From Deltaproteobacteria bacterium TL4 (GTDB taxonomy: Bacteria; SAR324; NAC60-12): a stretch of 25,105 nucleotides of DNA. The number at the start of each line of letters is the position of its first letter. The first letter of the stretch is position 1. The notes beneath the pieces are model-generated. The model was not told where the DNA came from and made no database searches. It worked only from the letters and a program-made list of their open reading frames with translations. Positions 1 to 9,318 of the stretch are shown piece after piece. The stretch spans positions 1 to 25,105 of the forward strand of contig JBBCAX010000178.1 of NCBI GenBank assembly GCA_051382335.1. The letters run 5' to 3'. A program made the position numbers and the translations under genes.

Positions 1-29
1 GGGTTTCGCTACCGCTCTACCCAACCTAC
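1..29 (-). repeat. GTAG-family REP-like palindromic element, truncated at the window edge
   Basis: Reverse complement reads GTAGGTTGGGTAGAGCGGTAGCGAAACCC: GTAG head followed by an imperfect palindrome, the layout of RAYT-associated REPs. Confidence 0.65.
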
Positions 30-161
30 TGAAATGATGGCTGTCCCGTCTTAGGCCAGTAGCCAAAAAAAGGTACCTGCACAGGTGGATATTTTTTGAC
101 TCTTCTCGGGTAGTCTGACTCAAAACCTAAGAGTCAGAGAAAAGAGAGTCATTTCCGCAAG

Positions 162-189
162 TTGACACACAAACTGCATGTCGTAGTTT
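162..189 (+). promoter_or_regulatory. Putative sigma70 promoter for the hybrid kinase
   Basis: Perfect -35 TTGACA (162-167), 16-nt spacer, -10-like TAGTTT (184-189). Confidence 0.3.
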
Positions 190-356
190 CGCTCTTGTCT
201 TCTAATTGACCTTCTTGCATTATCACCTCTTTTCAGATAGGTTAATAAAAAAGAGAAGCGTCGATTATTGAGGGCTTTCAAGATGTCAGTAATTTATGAT
301 GTTTGAGCTTCTAAATATATCTTTGCCACATTGCCCCTGAAGTCTAATGAGGAATT

Positions 357-1475
357 ATGAAGGATAAGCGAGATCGAATATTAATCGTGGATGACCAAGA
401 AAACAATCGGTTGGTGATTGAAGACATATTACGAAAAATGAAATGTGAAATCAAAGGGGTCGAGTCTGGAGAAATCGCGTTGCAGCTTCTGGAAACTTGG
501 TTTCCTGATTTGATCCTTATGGATCAAATGATGCCTGGACTCAGTGGTATTGAAACGACCGCGCGGGTCAAAGCACAGGCTCGCTTTGAGCAAACGCCCA
601 TTATCATGGTAACGGCCAAGGATGAAGTTGAAACTTTAAAAGCCGCGTTTGAAGCCGGTGCCATGGATTACATCATCAAACCTGTCAACCGGATCACCCT
701 GACAGCTCGTGTGCTTTCCGCGTTAAGGACGAAGAAGGCTTTTGACGAAATTCAATTATTAACCCAAGAATTGATAGAACAAAAAAAAGAGCTTTCCAAT
801 TTCACCCATATGGTGAGTCATGATTTGAAATCTCCTGTGGCGAGCGCGGCGAGTTTGTTTGATTTTTTTATTTTCCGCTTAAAGGAGGAATATCCTGAGA
901 TCTGGGACAATGAAGGGATGAAAGAGTTACTGATACGTATTCCCTCCTCATTTAAAAAAATGCTGAACTTTGTGGATACCATGTTGCATTATGCCATGTC
1001 AGGGCAAGTCATAGGACAATTGAAAGAGGTCAACATGGGAATCGTGTTGCAGGAAGTTCTTCAAAGTTTTGAACATAATATCAAAGAAGGTCTTGCGGTA
1101 ATACACCAAACGGAAAATATGCCAACCCTCCTTTGTGATCCGATTAAAATAGGGCAGGGATGGCAAAACTTGATTTCAAACGCCATTAAATACAGAGGCG
1201 AACGAACCCCTGTGACTATTCACTTGGGGTGGGCCCCCAAAGGGGCGTATTATCAATTTTGGGTTGAGGATAACGGTCCTGGAATTCCAGCGCAATATCA
1301 TGAAAAAGTGTTTGCCCCCTTTACTCGAATGAATGATGAGGTTGAAGGGAGTGGCATTGGCTTAGCGACGGTTCAGCGTATTATGCAAGCGCATCAAGGG
1401 AAAATATATGTTGAATCTGAAGAAGGTCAAGGGGCAAAGTTTATTTTTGAACTGCCTGTTGCCCCACTGCCTTAG
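357..1475 (+). CDS. Cytoplasmic hybrid response regulator/sensor histidine kinase (REC-HisKA-HATPase_c)
   Basis: REC: ILIVDD, DLILMDQMMPG, IMVTA, DYIIKP. H-box SHDLKSP, N-box NLISNAIKY, G1 EDNGPGI, F-box VFAPF, G2 GSGIGL. RBS GAGG upstream of ATG. Confidence 0.95.
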   Translation: MKDKRDRILIVDDQENNRLVIEDILRKMKCEIKGVESGEIALQLLETWFPDLILMDQMMPGLSGIETTARVKAQARFEQTPIIMVTAKDEVETLKAAFEAGAMDYIIKPVNRITLTARVLSALRTKKAFDEIQLLTQELIEQKKELSNFTHMVSHDLKSPVASAASLFDFFIFRLKEEYPEIWDNEGMKELLIRIPSSFKKMLNFVDTMLHYAMSGQVIGQLKEVNMGIVLQEVLQSFEHNIKEGLAVIHQTENMPTLLCDPIKIGQGWQNLISNAIKYRGERTPVTIHLGWAPKGAYYQFWVEDNGPGIPAQYHEKVFAPFTRMNDEVEGSGIGLATVQRIMQAHQGKIYVESEEGQGAKFIFELPVAPLP

Positions 1476-2077
1476 GGTTTTAAATTGGGGAGTGCCGGCC
1501 ATTGCCGCAAAAGAAGTTCTACCGCCGCATAAAGGTTTTTGGCCCACAAAGTGGGAGAACGGTCATATTTACCGTCTTTGCCTGCGTGCCCTGTTTCTAA
1601 ACCTATAGAAGGCATCTGCCATCGTGACGCGGCTTCGAAGTCTGAAGTGGTATCCCCTATAAAAACTGCGGCTTGCCGGTTAAAAAAATCATATTTCTTT
1701 GCCGCTTGTTCAAACAGTTGAACCCCTGGTTTACGACATTCGCAAGGGTGGCAGAGTTCTTTGACCCAGCCAGGTTTCCATTGGGGATGGTGGGGGCAAT
1801 AAAATAAATCATCGATTTTAGCTTCATACTGTGCCAGATCTTCTTCCATTTTTTTGCAGATTTGATCAAAGCTATGTTGGGACATCAGTCCTCTGGCAAA
1901 GGCGGATTGGTTCGTAATCACAATACATAACCAGTTTTGTTGATTAATCAGACGTATCGCCTCCGCGCTTTGTGGGATTAAAGAAAAGTTTTCAGCAGAA
2001 GTGATATAGCTTTGTTCTTGATTGATAACTCCATCTCGATCAAGAAAAACGACACGCTTAAAAGTTTGAGTTTTCAT
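1472..2077 (-). CDS. gmhB: D-glycero-D-manno-heptose 1,7-bisphosphate phosphatase (HAD IIIA)
   Basis: VFLDRDGVIN (DxD), ITNQS, Zn-binding CPHHP...CECRKP, IGDTTSD. Start taken at ATG 2077 (track uses TTG 2080). Stop overlaps the convergent kinase stop by 4 nt. Confidence 0.85.
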   Translation of the reverse strand: MKTQTFKRVVFLDRDGVINQEQSYITSAENFSLIPQSAEAIRLINQQNWLCIVITNQSAFARGLMSQHSFDQICKKMEEDLAQYEAKIDDLFYCPHHPQWKPGWVKELCHPCECRKPGVQLFEQAAKKYDFFNRQAAVFIGDTTSDFEAASRWQMPSIGLETGHAGKDGKYDRSPTLWAKNLYAAVELLLRQWPALPNLKP

Positions 2078-2149
2078 CAATAACCCTTATGGGAGTTTTA
2101 TGGCATGGGATTTTTTATTGTTATACTTGCGTTGGATTAAATCTTTAAT

Positions 2150-2230
2150 TTTGTGGTAGGTCGGGATTACATGCCCGACCCCTGAGAATGCTGAAATAGG
2201 GCGGGGCATGGAATCCCCGCCTACCACAAA
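2150..2230. repeat. Inverted REP doublet (REPIN-like)
   Basis: Left arm TTTGTGGTAGGTCGGGATTACATGCCCGACCCCT (2150-2183); right arm reverse complement TTTGTGGTAGGCGGGGATTCCATGCCCCGCCCT (2198-2230). Each arm is GTAG plus its own 7-bp hairpin. Confidence 0.8.
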
Positions 2231-2553
2231 CAGAAAGTAGGCACTAATCCGGAAAGTACAATGCTAACCCGTCAAAAGGATAACAGGCACTGACCTGGAG
2301 GGGGCAGTCTAGCAAATCTGAGTCAGAGGTAACAAGTTAAATTGTCGGGTGTGAGAAAAAATAGAATACTATAGCATAGGCCTTCCATTTAGGGAAAAAG
2401 ATCTGCTGATTGCCCTGGGGAGCAAAAAGCCGTTGGAACGTTTAAAAATAGCTTTGTGATTTTTCTGGTCTTGATTTTGCTTTGTTTAATAAAAATCAAA
2501 TGTTAAAAGGTAATGACGGTTACGCAATACGCATCGCTCAGGAGGCACGAATA

Positions 2554-3750
2554 ATGAGTAGCAATGAATTAACGCTCGCTAAAATTGAAGCATTAAAAGA
2601 ACAAATACACCTCTATAAAGAGCAGAATCAGTTTTTACAGAACAATATTGAGGATCTGAAACTCTCCCAAAAATATCTCCACGAACAAATGGAATTATTT
2701 CATGAGCGTGAGAAGTTGGCGTTGTTACGCGAGAAGAGAGATTATCAACGGATTGTTGAGTTAGAAAATAAAGCCTTATTGTTGGAATTCAATGTTCATG
2801 AGATGGCCTATCCTTCTCAACAATCATCAATTTCCTCTAAACCGCATCATTTCTCATCACAATTTAATATTGAAGATCACTTCAATCTTCCGCCCTCAAT
2901 TGATGAGGATGAAGATATGGACGTGGATTCTCAAGCCGATGATGCGGAGCTTCAAAATGTTATTGATCGGATTACAACACGGTCATCCGCTCTTCACGTT
3001 GAGGCAAACGATCGTTCTCAAACGAAAATTTCTCCTGTTGAGGGGAAAAAACAAGCCTTGAAAGCGGAACAAAACCAAGAGTCCTCAGAGATCCTGACAA
3101 ACGACTCTGACGAAATTATAACCGCAGATGAGGTATCTTCAGAGGCAGGGGATCTTGACGATGACTACAGCGGCCAGGAAGTCTCAACGTTTCAAGAGTC
3201 CAACCAAGGAAAAATTGAGGAAGAGCGGACTGTGGATCAGACGTCTTCTGAAGAAACGGCAGCGTCCGAAAGGAAAAGTGAGGAGGCGACACCTTCTTGG
3301 GTGGAAGAGGTTGAGCCTTCAAAAAATGCAAGCGATGAAGAAATAGCCGCAGAGGAATCCGCAACCGCAACTGAAGAACAATCAGCGATACCCGATGAAG
3401 AACCGGAAACACCCGCTGAAGAACCAGCTAGTTCAGCGGCACAAAAAGAAACTCCAGAAAATGTCAATGAAACGGAGTTTGACGATACAGACAAAATTCA
3501 ACAGTATTTTAATTTGGGTTTGGAAGCTTCTGAACGCAAAGATTATGTTCATGCGATTGAATGTTTTTCCAAAGTGGTTCAACTGCTGCCAACCTCGGCT
3601 CCAAGTTATCTGAATCTCGCGATTTTAAGTTATCGTCTCAATCGTTATGAGGAGGCATCCGTTTTTGCGAGTAAGGCGATTACCTTGGGTTCAGAGCCGG
3701 CAAAACGTCTCTTAACCCGAATTGAGTCTGAAATGGAAGAGACCTCATGA
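2554..3750 (+). CDS. Hypothetical protein: N-terminal coiled coil, long acidic low-complexity linker, C-terminal TPR repeats
   Basis: Heptad-rich N-terminus (LAKIEALKEQIHLYKEQNQFLQNNIEDLK), E/D/S/T-rich middle, TPR pattern YFNLG...DYVHAIECFSKVVQLLP...YLNLA. AGGAGG RBS favours ATG 2554 over the track's TTG 2482. Confidence 0.8.
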   Translation: MSSNELTLAKIEALKEQIHLYKEQNQFLQNNIEDLKLSQKYLHEQMELFHEREKLALLREKRDYQRIVELENKALLLEFNVHEMAYPSQQSSISSKPHHFSSQFNIEDHFNLPPSIDEDEDMDVDSQADDAELQNVIDRITTRSSALHVEANDRSQTKISPVEGKKQALKAEQNQESSEILTNDSDEIITADEVSSEAGDLDDDYSGQEVSTFQESNQGKIEEERTVDQTSSEETAASERKSEEATPSWVEEVEPSKNASDEEIAAEESATATEEQSAIPDEEPETPAEEPASSAAQKETPENVNETEFDDTDKIQQYFNLGLEASERKDYVHAIECFSKVVQLLPTSAPSYLNLAILSYRLNRYEEASVFASKAITLGSEPAKRLLTRIESEMEETS

Positions 3751-3786
3751 GTCAGACCTGTTTCTTTAGGATTTGAGCTTTCTCTT

Positions 3787-3826
3787 GAGGTGAGGTACCC
3801 TCTCTTTGAGAGGTAGTTACCTCTTT
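3787..3826 (+). terminator. Intergenic hairpin, possible intrinsic terminator
   Basis: GAGGTGA (3787-3793) pairs with TTACCTC (3817-3823); inner TACC-c-TCTC/TTT/GAGA-GGTA; followed by only TTT. Confidence 0.35.
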
Positions 3827-3869
3827 ATGAAGATTTCCAACAACTCAAATGAATACCGAGGAGATCCGA

Positions 3870-4361
3870 ATGAAAAATCAATTTCTTATGACAACCTTGC
3901 TGGGTTTGAGTCTTGTTTGGGGAGGTGCCCCTGAAAAAGCGCTTGCGGGGTGTGAAGGAACCTATTTGGGGATAACCCAAAAAAATCCGATATTTTCAAC
4001 TTTAGATCTCACCATGTCCCCGTTTTATAGTGCGGCGACAACTTCTGGCACTTCAGGATGTCCAAATTGGGATTTTGTTCAATATTTAGAGCAATCACGC
4101 TATCAGCTTCTCATTTCAAAAAAAGAACAATTGTTAGAAGAAAGCTCGCAGGGGACAGGCCCGCATTTGAAGGCCTTGGCGTTAATGATGGGATGTCGGG
4201 AATCGAGTGCGCAAGCTTTTGGAGAAATGCTGCAACTCCATTTTGTTCGCTTGAGTTATTATCTTCATGATTCTGAGGTTTCTCCTAACGTGGTGTCCCT
4301 TCTTGAACAATGGATTAAGGAGCATCCCTCATTAAGAGAAGAATGTTTCACCATCACTTAA
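3870..4361 (+). CDS. DUF3015-family exported protein (copy 1)
   Basis: Signal peptide ending ALA-GC, family motif TTSGTSGC, and LLEESSQGTGPHLKALALMMGC. GAGGAG RBS favours ATG 3870. Confidence 0.75.
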   Translation: MKNQFLMTTLLGLSLVWGGAPEKALAGCEGTYLGITQKNPIFSTLDLTMSPFYSAATTSGTSGCPNWDFVQYLEQSRYQLLISKKEQLLEESSQGTGPHLKALALMMGCRESSAQAFGEMLQLHFVRLSYYLHDSEVSPNVVSLLEQWIKEHPSLREECFTIT

Positions 4362-4382
4362 TCCTTAAATAAACAGGTTCTT

Positions 4383-4904
4383 ATGTTCAACAGGAAATGG
4401 TACATCCGAACAGGAATTATCCTCTTTTTGGGGTTGAGCCTCGTTGATCCGGGGTGGGCCTGTCACCGGGGGGGAGCTATGGGATTTGCGAATAAGGACC
4501 CTGGAATGTTCAGTATTGACGTGACCTTTTCTTCATTTATTCCATTTTCCAGCACATCTGGAACCTCAGGATGTAAAAACTGGGATTATACCCTGTTGGA
4601 AACACAAACTTATGTTGCTGCTCAATGGGATCGCCTTTCAGAAGACGCGGCAAAGGGGGCAGGTCTGCATTTAAACGCATTTTCACAGCTAATGGGGTGT
4701 TCTGCTGAGCATAAAACCGTGCTGAAAGGCTTGGTTCATGAACATTATGCGACGCTCTTTTTTCAAACGGAAGCCTTGGATCCAGAACAAAGTTCTCAGC
4801 GGTTTTTATTAAAATTAGAGTCGATTCTGAGTCAATCGCCCGCGTCATCCTGCCTGAGTCACCACTTCAGAAACGCCATCGCTCATGAACCACAAATCCG
4901 ATAA
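4383..4904 (+). CDS. DUF3015-family exported protein (copy 2)
   Basis: Signal peptide ending GWA-C, STSGTSGC, LSEDAAKGAGLHLNAFSQLMGC; clear paralog of the upstream gene. Confidence 0.75.
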   Translation: MFNRKWYIRTGIILFLGLSLVDPGWACHRGGAMGFANKDPGMFSIDVTFSSFIPFSSTSGTSGCKNWDYTLLETQTYVAAQWDRLSEDAAKGAGLHLNAFSQLMGCSAEHKTVLKGLVHEHYATLFFQTEALDPEQSSQRFLLKLESILSQSPASSCLSHHFRNAIAHEPQIR

Positions 4905-4909
4905 TTCCT

Positions 4910-6244
4910 ATGCGCTATGATAAAGTTCGCTTTCTTGTTGTTCGAGAATGGATTTATTACCTTGAAAATAAGAGTTGGCATCCGCTTCCTGAGTCCCAGT
5001 TATCCCAAGAACAGGATCGTCGTTTTTTTCTTCAACTTCGCCAGGGGTTGAGCCGACACTACCGCTTATTGGAGGCCGAGCTTCAAAAACGGCTGACGGT
5101 CCCTTACCACAAACTGCAAAAAACGGTTAAAGGTATTTTATTTTTAGGCGTTTATGAGTTGTTGTTTATGGACAAAATTCCGCACAGAGCGAGTGTTTAC
5201 GAAGCGGTTCAATTGGCTTATCCTTTTAAGGTCAGTACCAAAAAATCGCTGATCAATGCGGTATTGCGGAATTTACAAGCAGATCTGGAAAAAGGCTATG
5301 ACTACAAGACGGCCCATCCTTTGGCAATCAGGACGTCCCACCCCGATTGGATGGTTGAACGGTGGCAGCGGCACCTGGATCCAGATCAAGTTTCCAGTAT
5401 TTGCCACACAAACAATGAATTTGACGGTATCACCCTACGTCCCATCCATCCTTTGGCACGGGAGGGGCTTCAAGCGCAGTTAGCTCAAGAAAAAATTTCC
5501 GCGGTGATTCATCCAACAGCCCTCAACGCCTTAGTTTTGGAGCAATCTCTCGCTTTATTTCAGACTTCAATCTTTCAACAAGGACAGTGTTACATCCAGG
5601 ATGCGTCCTCGCAGATATTCATGGAAATCGTCTCACCGATATGTCGGGGCGATATCCTGGAACTCTGTGCGGCTCCGGGAGGAAAGACTTTATCTTTGTT
5701 GGAAAACTCAACCCTTCAATCATTAGTCGTCAACGATATTTCATGGCAACGACTGCAAAGTATCAGGGAAAATATTAAGCGTCTTCGTTTGTCCGAACCT
5801 CAGTTCCTGGTATCCGATGGCAGCAAGATGCCTTTTGCTGAGGAACAGTTTGATCTAATTTTAGCGGATGTGCCCTGCTCTTCGACGGGAACGATCAAAA
5901 AAAATCCTGATATCCAAGGGACTCCTTCCGTAGAAATTCTGCTCCGCCAAGTGAGTACACAAGCGCGTATCCTTTCTGAAGCCGCAAGGTGTTTGAAAGT
6001 CAAGGGAGTTCTTATTTATTCCACCTGTTCTTTGGAGTTTGAAGAAAATGAACTGCAAATAGAAAAGTTTTTAGACACTCATCCCGATTTCAAGATCCTC
6101 TCGTTTCATGAATTTCCGGCGGTTGCGGACCCCTATAAAACGTTTTTTACAGCTCAAGGTTTTTATAAAGTCCTTCCACAGACAGGAATGATGGGCTTTT
6201 TTGCTGCCCTGCTGGAAAAAGGGGATAAAGCGGCACCTGTTTAA
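4910..6244 (+). CDS. rsmB: 16S rRNA m5C967 methyltransferase RsmB/Sun (NusB-like domain + NOL1/NOP2 methyltransferase)
   Basis: LGVYELLFMDKIPHRASVYEAV...LINAVLR, SHPDWM, YIQDASSQ, SAM motif LELCAAPGGKT, DVPCSSTG, catalytic YSTCS. Confidence 0.92.
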   Translation: MRYDKVRFLVVREWIYYLENKSWHPLPESQLSQEQDRRFFLQLRQGLSRHYRLLEAELQKRLTVPYHKLQKTVKGILFLGVYELLFMDKIPHRASVYEAVQLAYPFKVSTKKSLINAVLRNLQADLEKGYDYKTAHPLAIRTSHPDWMVERWQRHLDPDQVSSICHTNNEFDGITLRPIHPLAREGLQAQLAQEKISAVIHPTALNALVLEQSLALFQTSIFQQGQCYIQDASSQIFMEIVSPICRGDILELCAAPGGKTLSLLENSTLQSLVVNDISWQRLQSIRENIKRLRLSEPQFLVSDGSKMPFAEEQFDLILADVPCSSTGTIKKNPDIQGTPSVEILLRQVSTQARILSEAARCLKVKGVLIYSTCSLEFEENELQIEKFLDTHPDFKILSFHEFPAVADPYKTFFTAQGFYKVLPQTGMMGFFAALLEKGDKAAPV

Positions 6245-6248
6245 AATA

Positions 6249-8051
6249 TTAAAGAAATTCAATGTCCGATACTTTTCTGAGTTTTTCAGATTCCTTTTCC
6301 TCCATGGTCGTTACTTCTTTCACTATTTTTTCAACCAGCTCTTCATCCAATTTGAAGGTGTCGAGTAAGGTGAGCTTGAGTCCCATTCCCAAACGAACAA
6401 AGCCAAAAGATTTGGAGCGATTGGTTGATAAGATTTCATTGGATTGATCGAAATATTCCTGGATTCTATGGACATTTTTAAAAACAATTTTAATATTTTC
6501 AGTGGCATAAGAAACGTTTTTGGAAGACTCCTGACTGGCGTTAGTGATGGATTCGACGGCATGTTTGATACTTTCCGCGGCATTACTTTCAGATTGTACG
6601 GAAATATCAATAGAGTTATTGATTTTGGAAACTTTGTTGATAATAGAGGTCATGGTTTGAGTATGGCTGAGTGCCTCAGAGACGCCGTGCTGGACATGTT
6701 CTATTTGCTGCGCGATTTCATTGTTGGCATCCGAAGTTTGCTGGGCCAACTTCTTAACCTCTTCGGCGACCACAGCGAATCCTCGTCCGGATTCTCCCGC
6801 ACTTGCGGCTTCAATGGTGGCGTTCAAAGCCAGCATATTGGTTTGACTGGCGATACTGTCAATCAGTTTGACCACTCTTCCAATTTGTTTCGCGGTTTCT
6901 CCCAAGACATTCATGGTTTGCAACGTCTTATGCGCGCTGGCATCCGCTTCTTTCGAAATATTCATGGCATCTTTGGTATGTCTACTGATTCCGTTAAGAG
7001 ACATGGACATCTGACGGATGGAGGTTGAAACACTGGCGATACTTTCAGAAATTTGTTTGGCATTGACACTGATGCCCTTCATCTTTTCCGAACTTTCGTC
7101 GGCAGCCGCGATGATCCCACTGACCGTTCTTTTGACGTCATCCACTTGTTCCTTCATTAAGGCCTGATTCACTCTTAATTCTTCCGCACTGACACAAATC
7201 GTATCGGCAACTCTCAGTACTTTATCAATCAAAATTGACATTTCCTGGGTTGCTGAAAAAGTGCCAGTGTTGGAGACATCTTTAGCATAGGCACTCTCCT
7301 TCAGAGGTTGATGACGCGAGTTGTCGACAACAACGGATACGCCCTCAATGGATTTAGCAATATGTTGTGCTTGTTCCTGCATCAATAACTGTTGTTTTCG
7401 AAATTCATCGACTCCTGTGTCAACGGTTTTGGCAACATTTGAGATTTTTTCCAACACGGAGGATAAATCATCACCCAGAGTCCTAATGAGCAACCTCATT
7501 TCCTCTTTATTATCAGTATCCATCTTCAGTTCGAGCTCTTTTTTCAACTGAGTTTCCTCAGGTTCAGGAAGCATGGCTCCAAGGTTTTTGGCTTTGGTTT
7601 CACAAGCAAACAACAATAAGGTCATCATGTTCTTTTTAATTTGCTTTAGCCGCTCATCAATGAAACGTTTATTTTCAGGCAGGAGATCCGTGTCAAGCGG
7701 AGATTCAACAATAGCCAAGGCACTTTCAAAGATTTTGGAAAGATTGTCATGCAATTCGTTGAGTGCATTGGTAACTTCATCAAAATTATGTTTGTTAGGA
7801 ATCTCACTCAATTCTAAATAATCTTCATGCAAGGTTCGGAGTAACCCGTAAAACATATCTTCAAGCGTATTCGACAACGCCGCTTCAACACCGGAACCAG
7901 GCGTTCGTAAGGACAAGAGTGTAAGCAAAACAGTAACCAAGGCTAAGACCAGGCTAATATAAAGCAGATTGATATCCGCCCCCAGAAGTACCGCAAGCGT
8001 CATACTGACTATTCCCGATACAAAAAACAAAATCCACGTTCCAAGTTTCAT
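6249..8051 (-). CDS. Methyl-accepting chemotaxis protein
   Basis: Two adjacent N-terminal hydrophobic helices; signalling hairpin [43 protein letters not shown]. Confidence 0.93.
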   Translation of the reverse strand: MKLGTWILFFVSGIVSMTLAVLLGADINLLYISLVLALVTVLLTLLSLRTPGSGVEAALSNTLEDMFYGLLRTLHEDYLELSEIPNKHNFDEVTNALNELHDNLSKIFESALAIVESPLDTDLLPENKRFIDERLKQIKKNMMTLLLFACETKAKNLGAMLPEPEETQLKKELELKMDTDNKEEMRLLIRTLGDDLSSVLEKISNVAKTVDTGVDEFRKQQLLMQEQAQHIAKSIEGVSVVVDNSRHQPLKESAYAKDVSNTGTFSATQEMSILIDKVLRVADTICVSAEELRVNQALMKEQVDDVKRTVSGIIAAADESSEKMKGISVNAKQISESIASVSTSIRQMSMSLNGISRHTKDAMNISKEADASAHKTLQTMNVLGETAKQIGRVVKLIDSIASQTNMLALNATIEAASAGESGRGFAVVAEEVKKLAQQTSDANNEIAQQIEHVQHGVSEALSHTQTMTSIINKVSKINNSIDISVQSESNAAESIKHAVESITNASQESSKNVSYATENIKIVFKNVHRIQEYFDQSNEILSTNRSKSFGFVRLGMGLKLTLLDTFKLDEELVEKIVKEVTTMEEKESEKLRKVSDIEFL

Positions 8052-8428
8052 GTTTTTATTTTCCAGAGTAAAAATGGTGATGACATTGATGAAGATTTAA
8101 AATTTTCGCTTACTAACTTGCTCATAATCCGTCTTTAAGATAAAAATCGAAACTGGATTGTAAAAAAAATCCGGTTTTTATCTTGGGATATCCTGTTTCT
8201 GTGTATTTACTCAACAAATATCAAAATAAAACCTTTATCACAAATATTTTTCTACGGATATGCATATAAACCGTCAACGGTTAAGGATTATACAATGCTC
8301 TTTCCACAAAAGAGGAAGATTCCGCCCACAGACTTTATAAAAATAAGCTGGGTGAATCCAGGTTGATTTGGGGCGGAGTTGATCCGAGTCATCACAGCTT
8401 TTTCTAACATTAAGAAGGGAGACAGGCC

Positions 8429-9304
8429 ATGATCTCATTAAAACCCACTGATGAGTTTGATACCTCACGTATTAGCATTACGGCACACTACACAGGCTAC
8501 GTCTGGTATGAAAACGGCCTTTCACATGAGGCCTTTGTCTCATGGTTTGGAAAAGTAGGCTATCATAGTTTGGATCCCTGGATGAAATTGGGAAAGAAAA
8601 TCTTGGGAATTGCCGATTTAGAAACAATTTTGCTTCAACGACACCATATCATCGATCATTTGCTTGAAAAAGCCATTGAAGAGCAGGGCCTGAGACAGGT
8701 CATTGAGTTGGCGTGTGGACTGTCACCCAGAGGGTTTCGCTTTATCAAACGTTATGGCGATCAGGGGTTGACCTATTTGGAAACAGACTTGCCGACAATG
8801 GCTCTGCGCAAGAAACAACTATTAACCCAGATTGACGGGGTTCATGCGTCACATCAGGTCGTTCCTTGTAACATCCTGATTGAATCAGGCAAAGGCAGTT
8901 TGCAAGAGGTTATTGAAAATCATTTTGATCCTAAAAAACCAATCGCAGTTATTACTGAAGGATTGATCAATTATTTTGATTTAAAAACGATTACCGGACT
9001 TTGGCGTCGGATTACGAAGATTTTGAACCAAAATTCAGGCGGAATATATTTGAGTGATAACTTTTCCATGCTGAAAGAACAACCGTATCATTCCATTATT
9101 TCGGTCTGCAAAAAGGGGGTGGAGTTCATAGGTCGGGGGACGGTACATCCGCATTTTGAGTCTTTTAGCGACGCAGAATCTGTACTGTCTCAGTCAGGGT
9201 TTAAAAACGTTGTAGTTCATGATCCCAAATCCTACGTGGAGATCCTGACCCTCCCTAAAGTTTTGGGGCCAAGTTTCATTCATGTGTTGGAAGGTACCGT
9301 GTGA
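8429..9304 (+). CDS. Class I SAM-dependent methyltransferase (leucine carboxyl methyltransferase / TcmP-like family)
   Basis: QVIELACGLSPRG, YLETDLP, VITEGLINYF; N-terminal ISITAHYTGYVW. Confidence 0.85.
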   Translation: MISLKPTDEFDTSRISITAHYTGYVWYENGLSHEAFVSWFGKVGYHSLDPWMKLGKKILGIADLETILLQRHHIIDHLLEKAIEEQGLRQVIELACGLSPRGFRFIKRYGDQGLTYLETDLPTMALRKKQLLTQIDGVHASHQVVPCNILIESGKGSLQEVIENHFDPKKPIAVITEGLINYFDLKTITGLWRRITKILNQNSGGIYLSDNFSMLKEQPYHSIISVCKKGVEFIGRGTVHPHFESFSDAESVLSQSGFKNVVVHDPKSYVEILTLPKVLGPSFIHVLEGTV

Positions 9305-9318
9305 ATAATGTTGATCGC

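Noticed and set aside
2231..2480. Possible ncRNA (6S, SRP or riboswitch) in the gmhB / TPR-protein intergenic region
   Set aside because: No recognisable conserved motif or long closing stem on either strand.
6444..7028. 194-aa plus-strand ORF inside the MCP; similar shadow ORFs at 13674-14258, 21318-21725 and 23953-24309
   Set aside because: Antisense or alternate-frame shadows of well-supported genes, with no motifs of their own.
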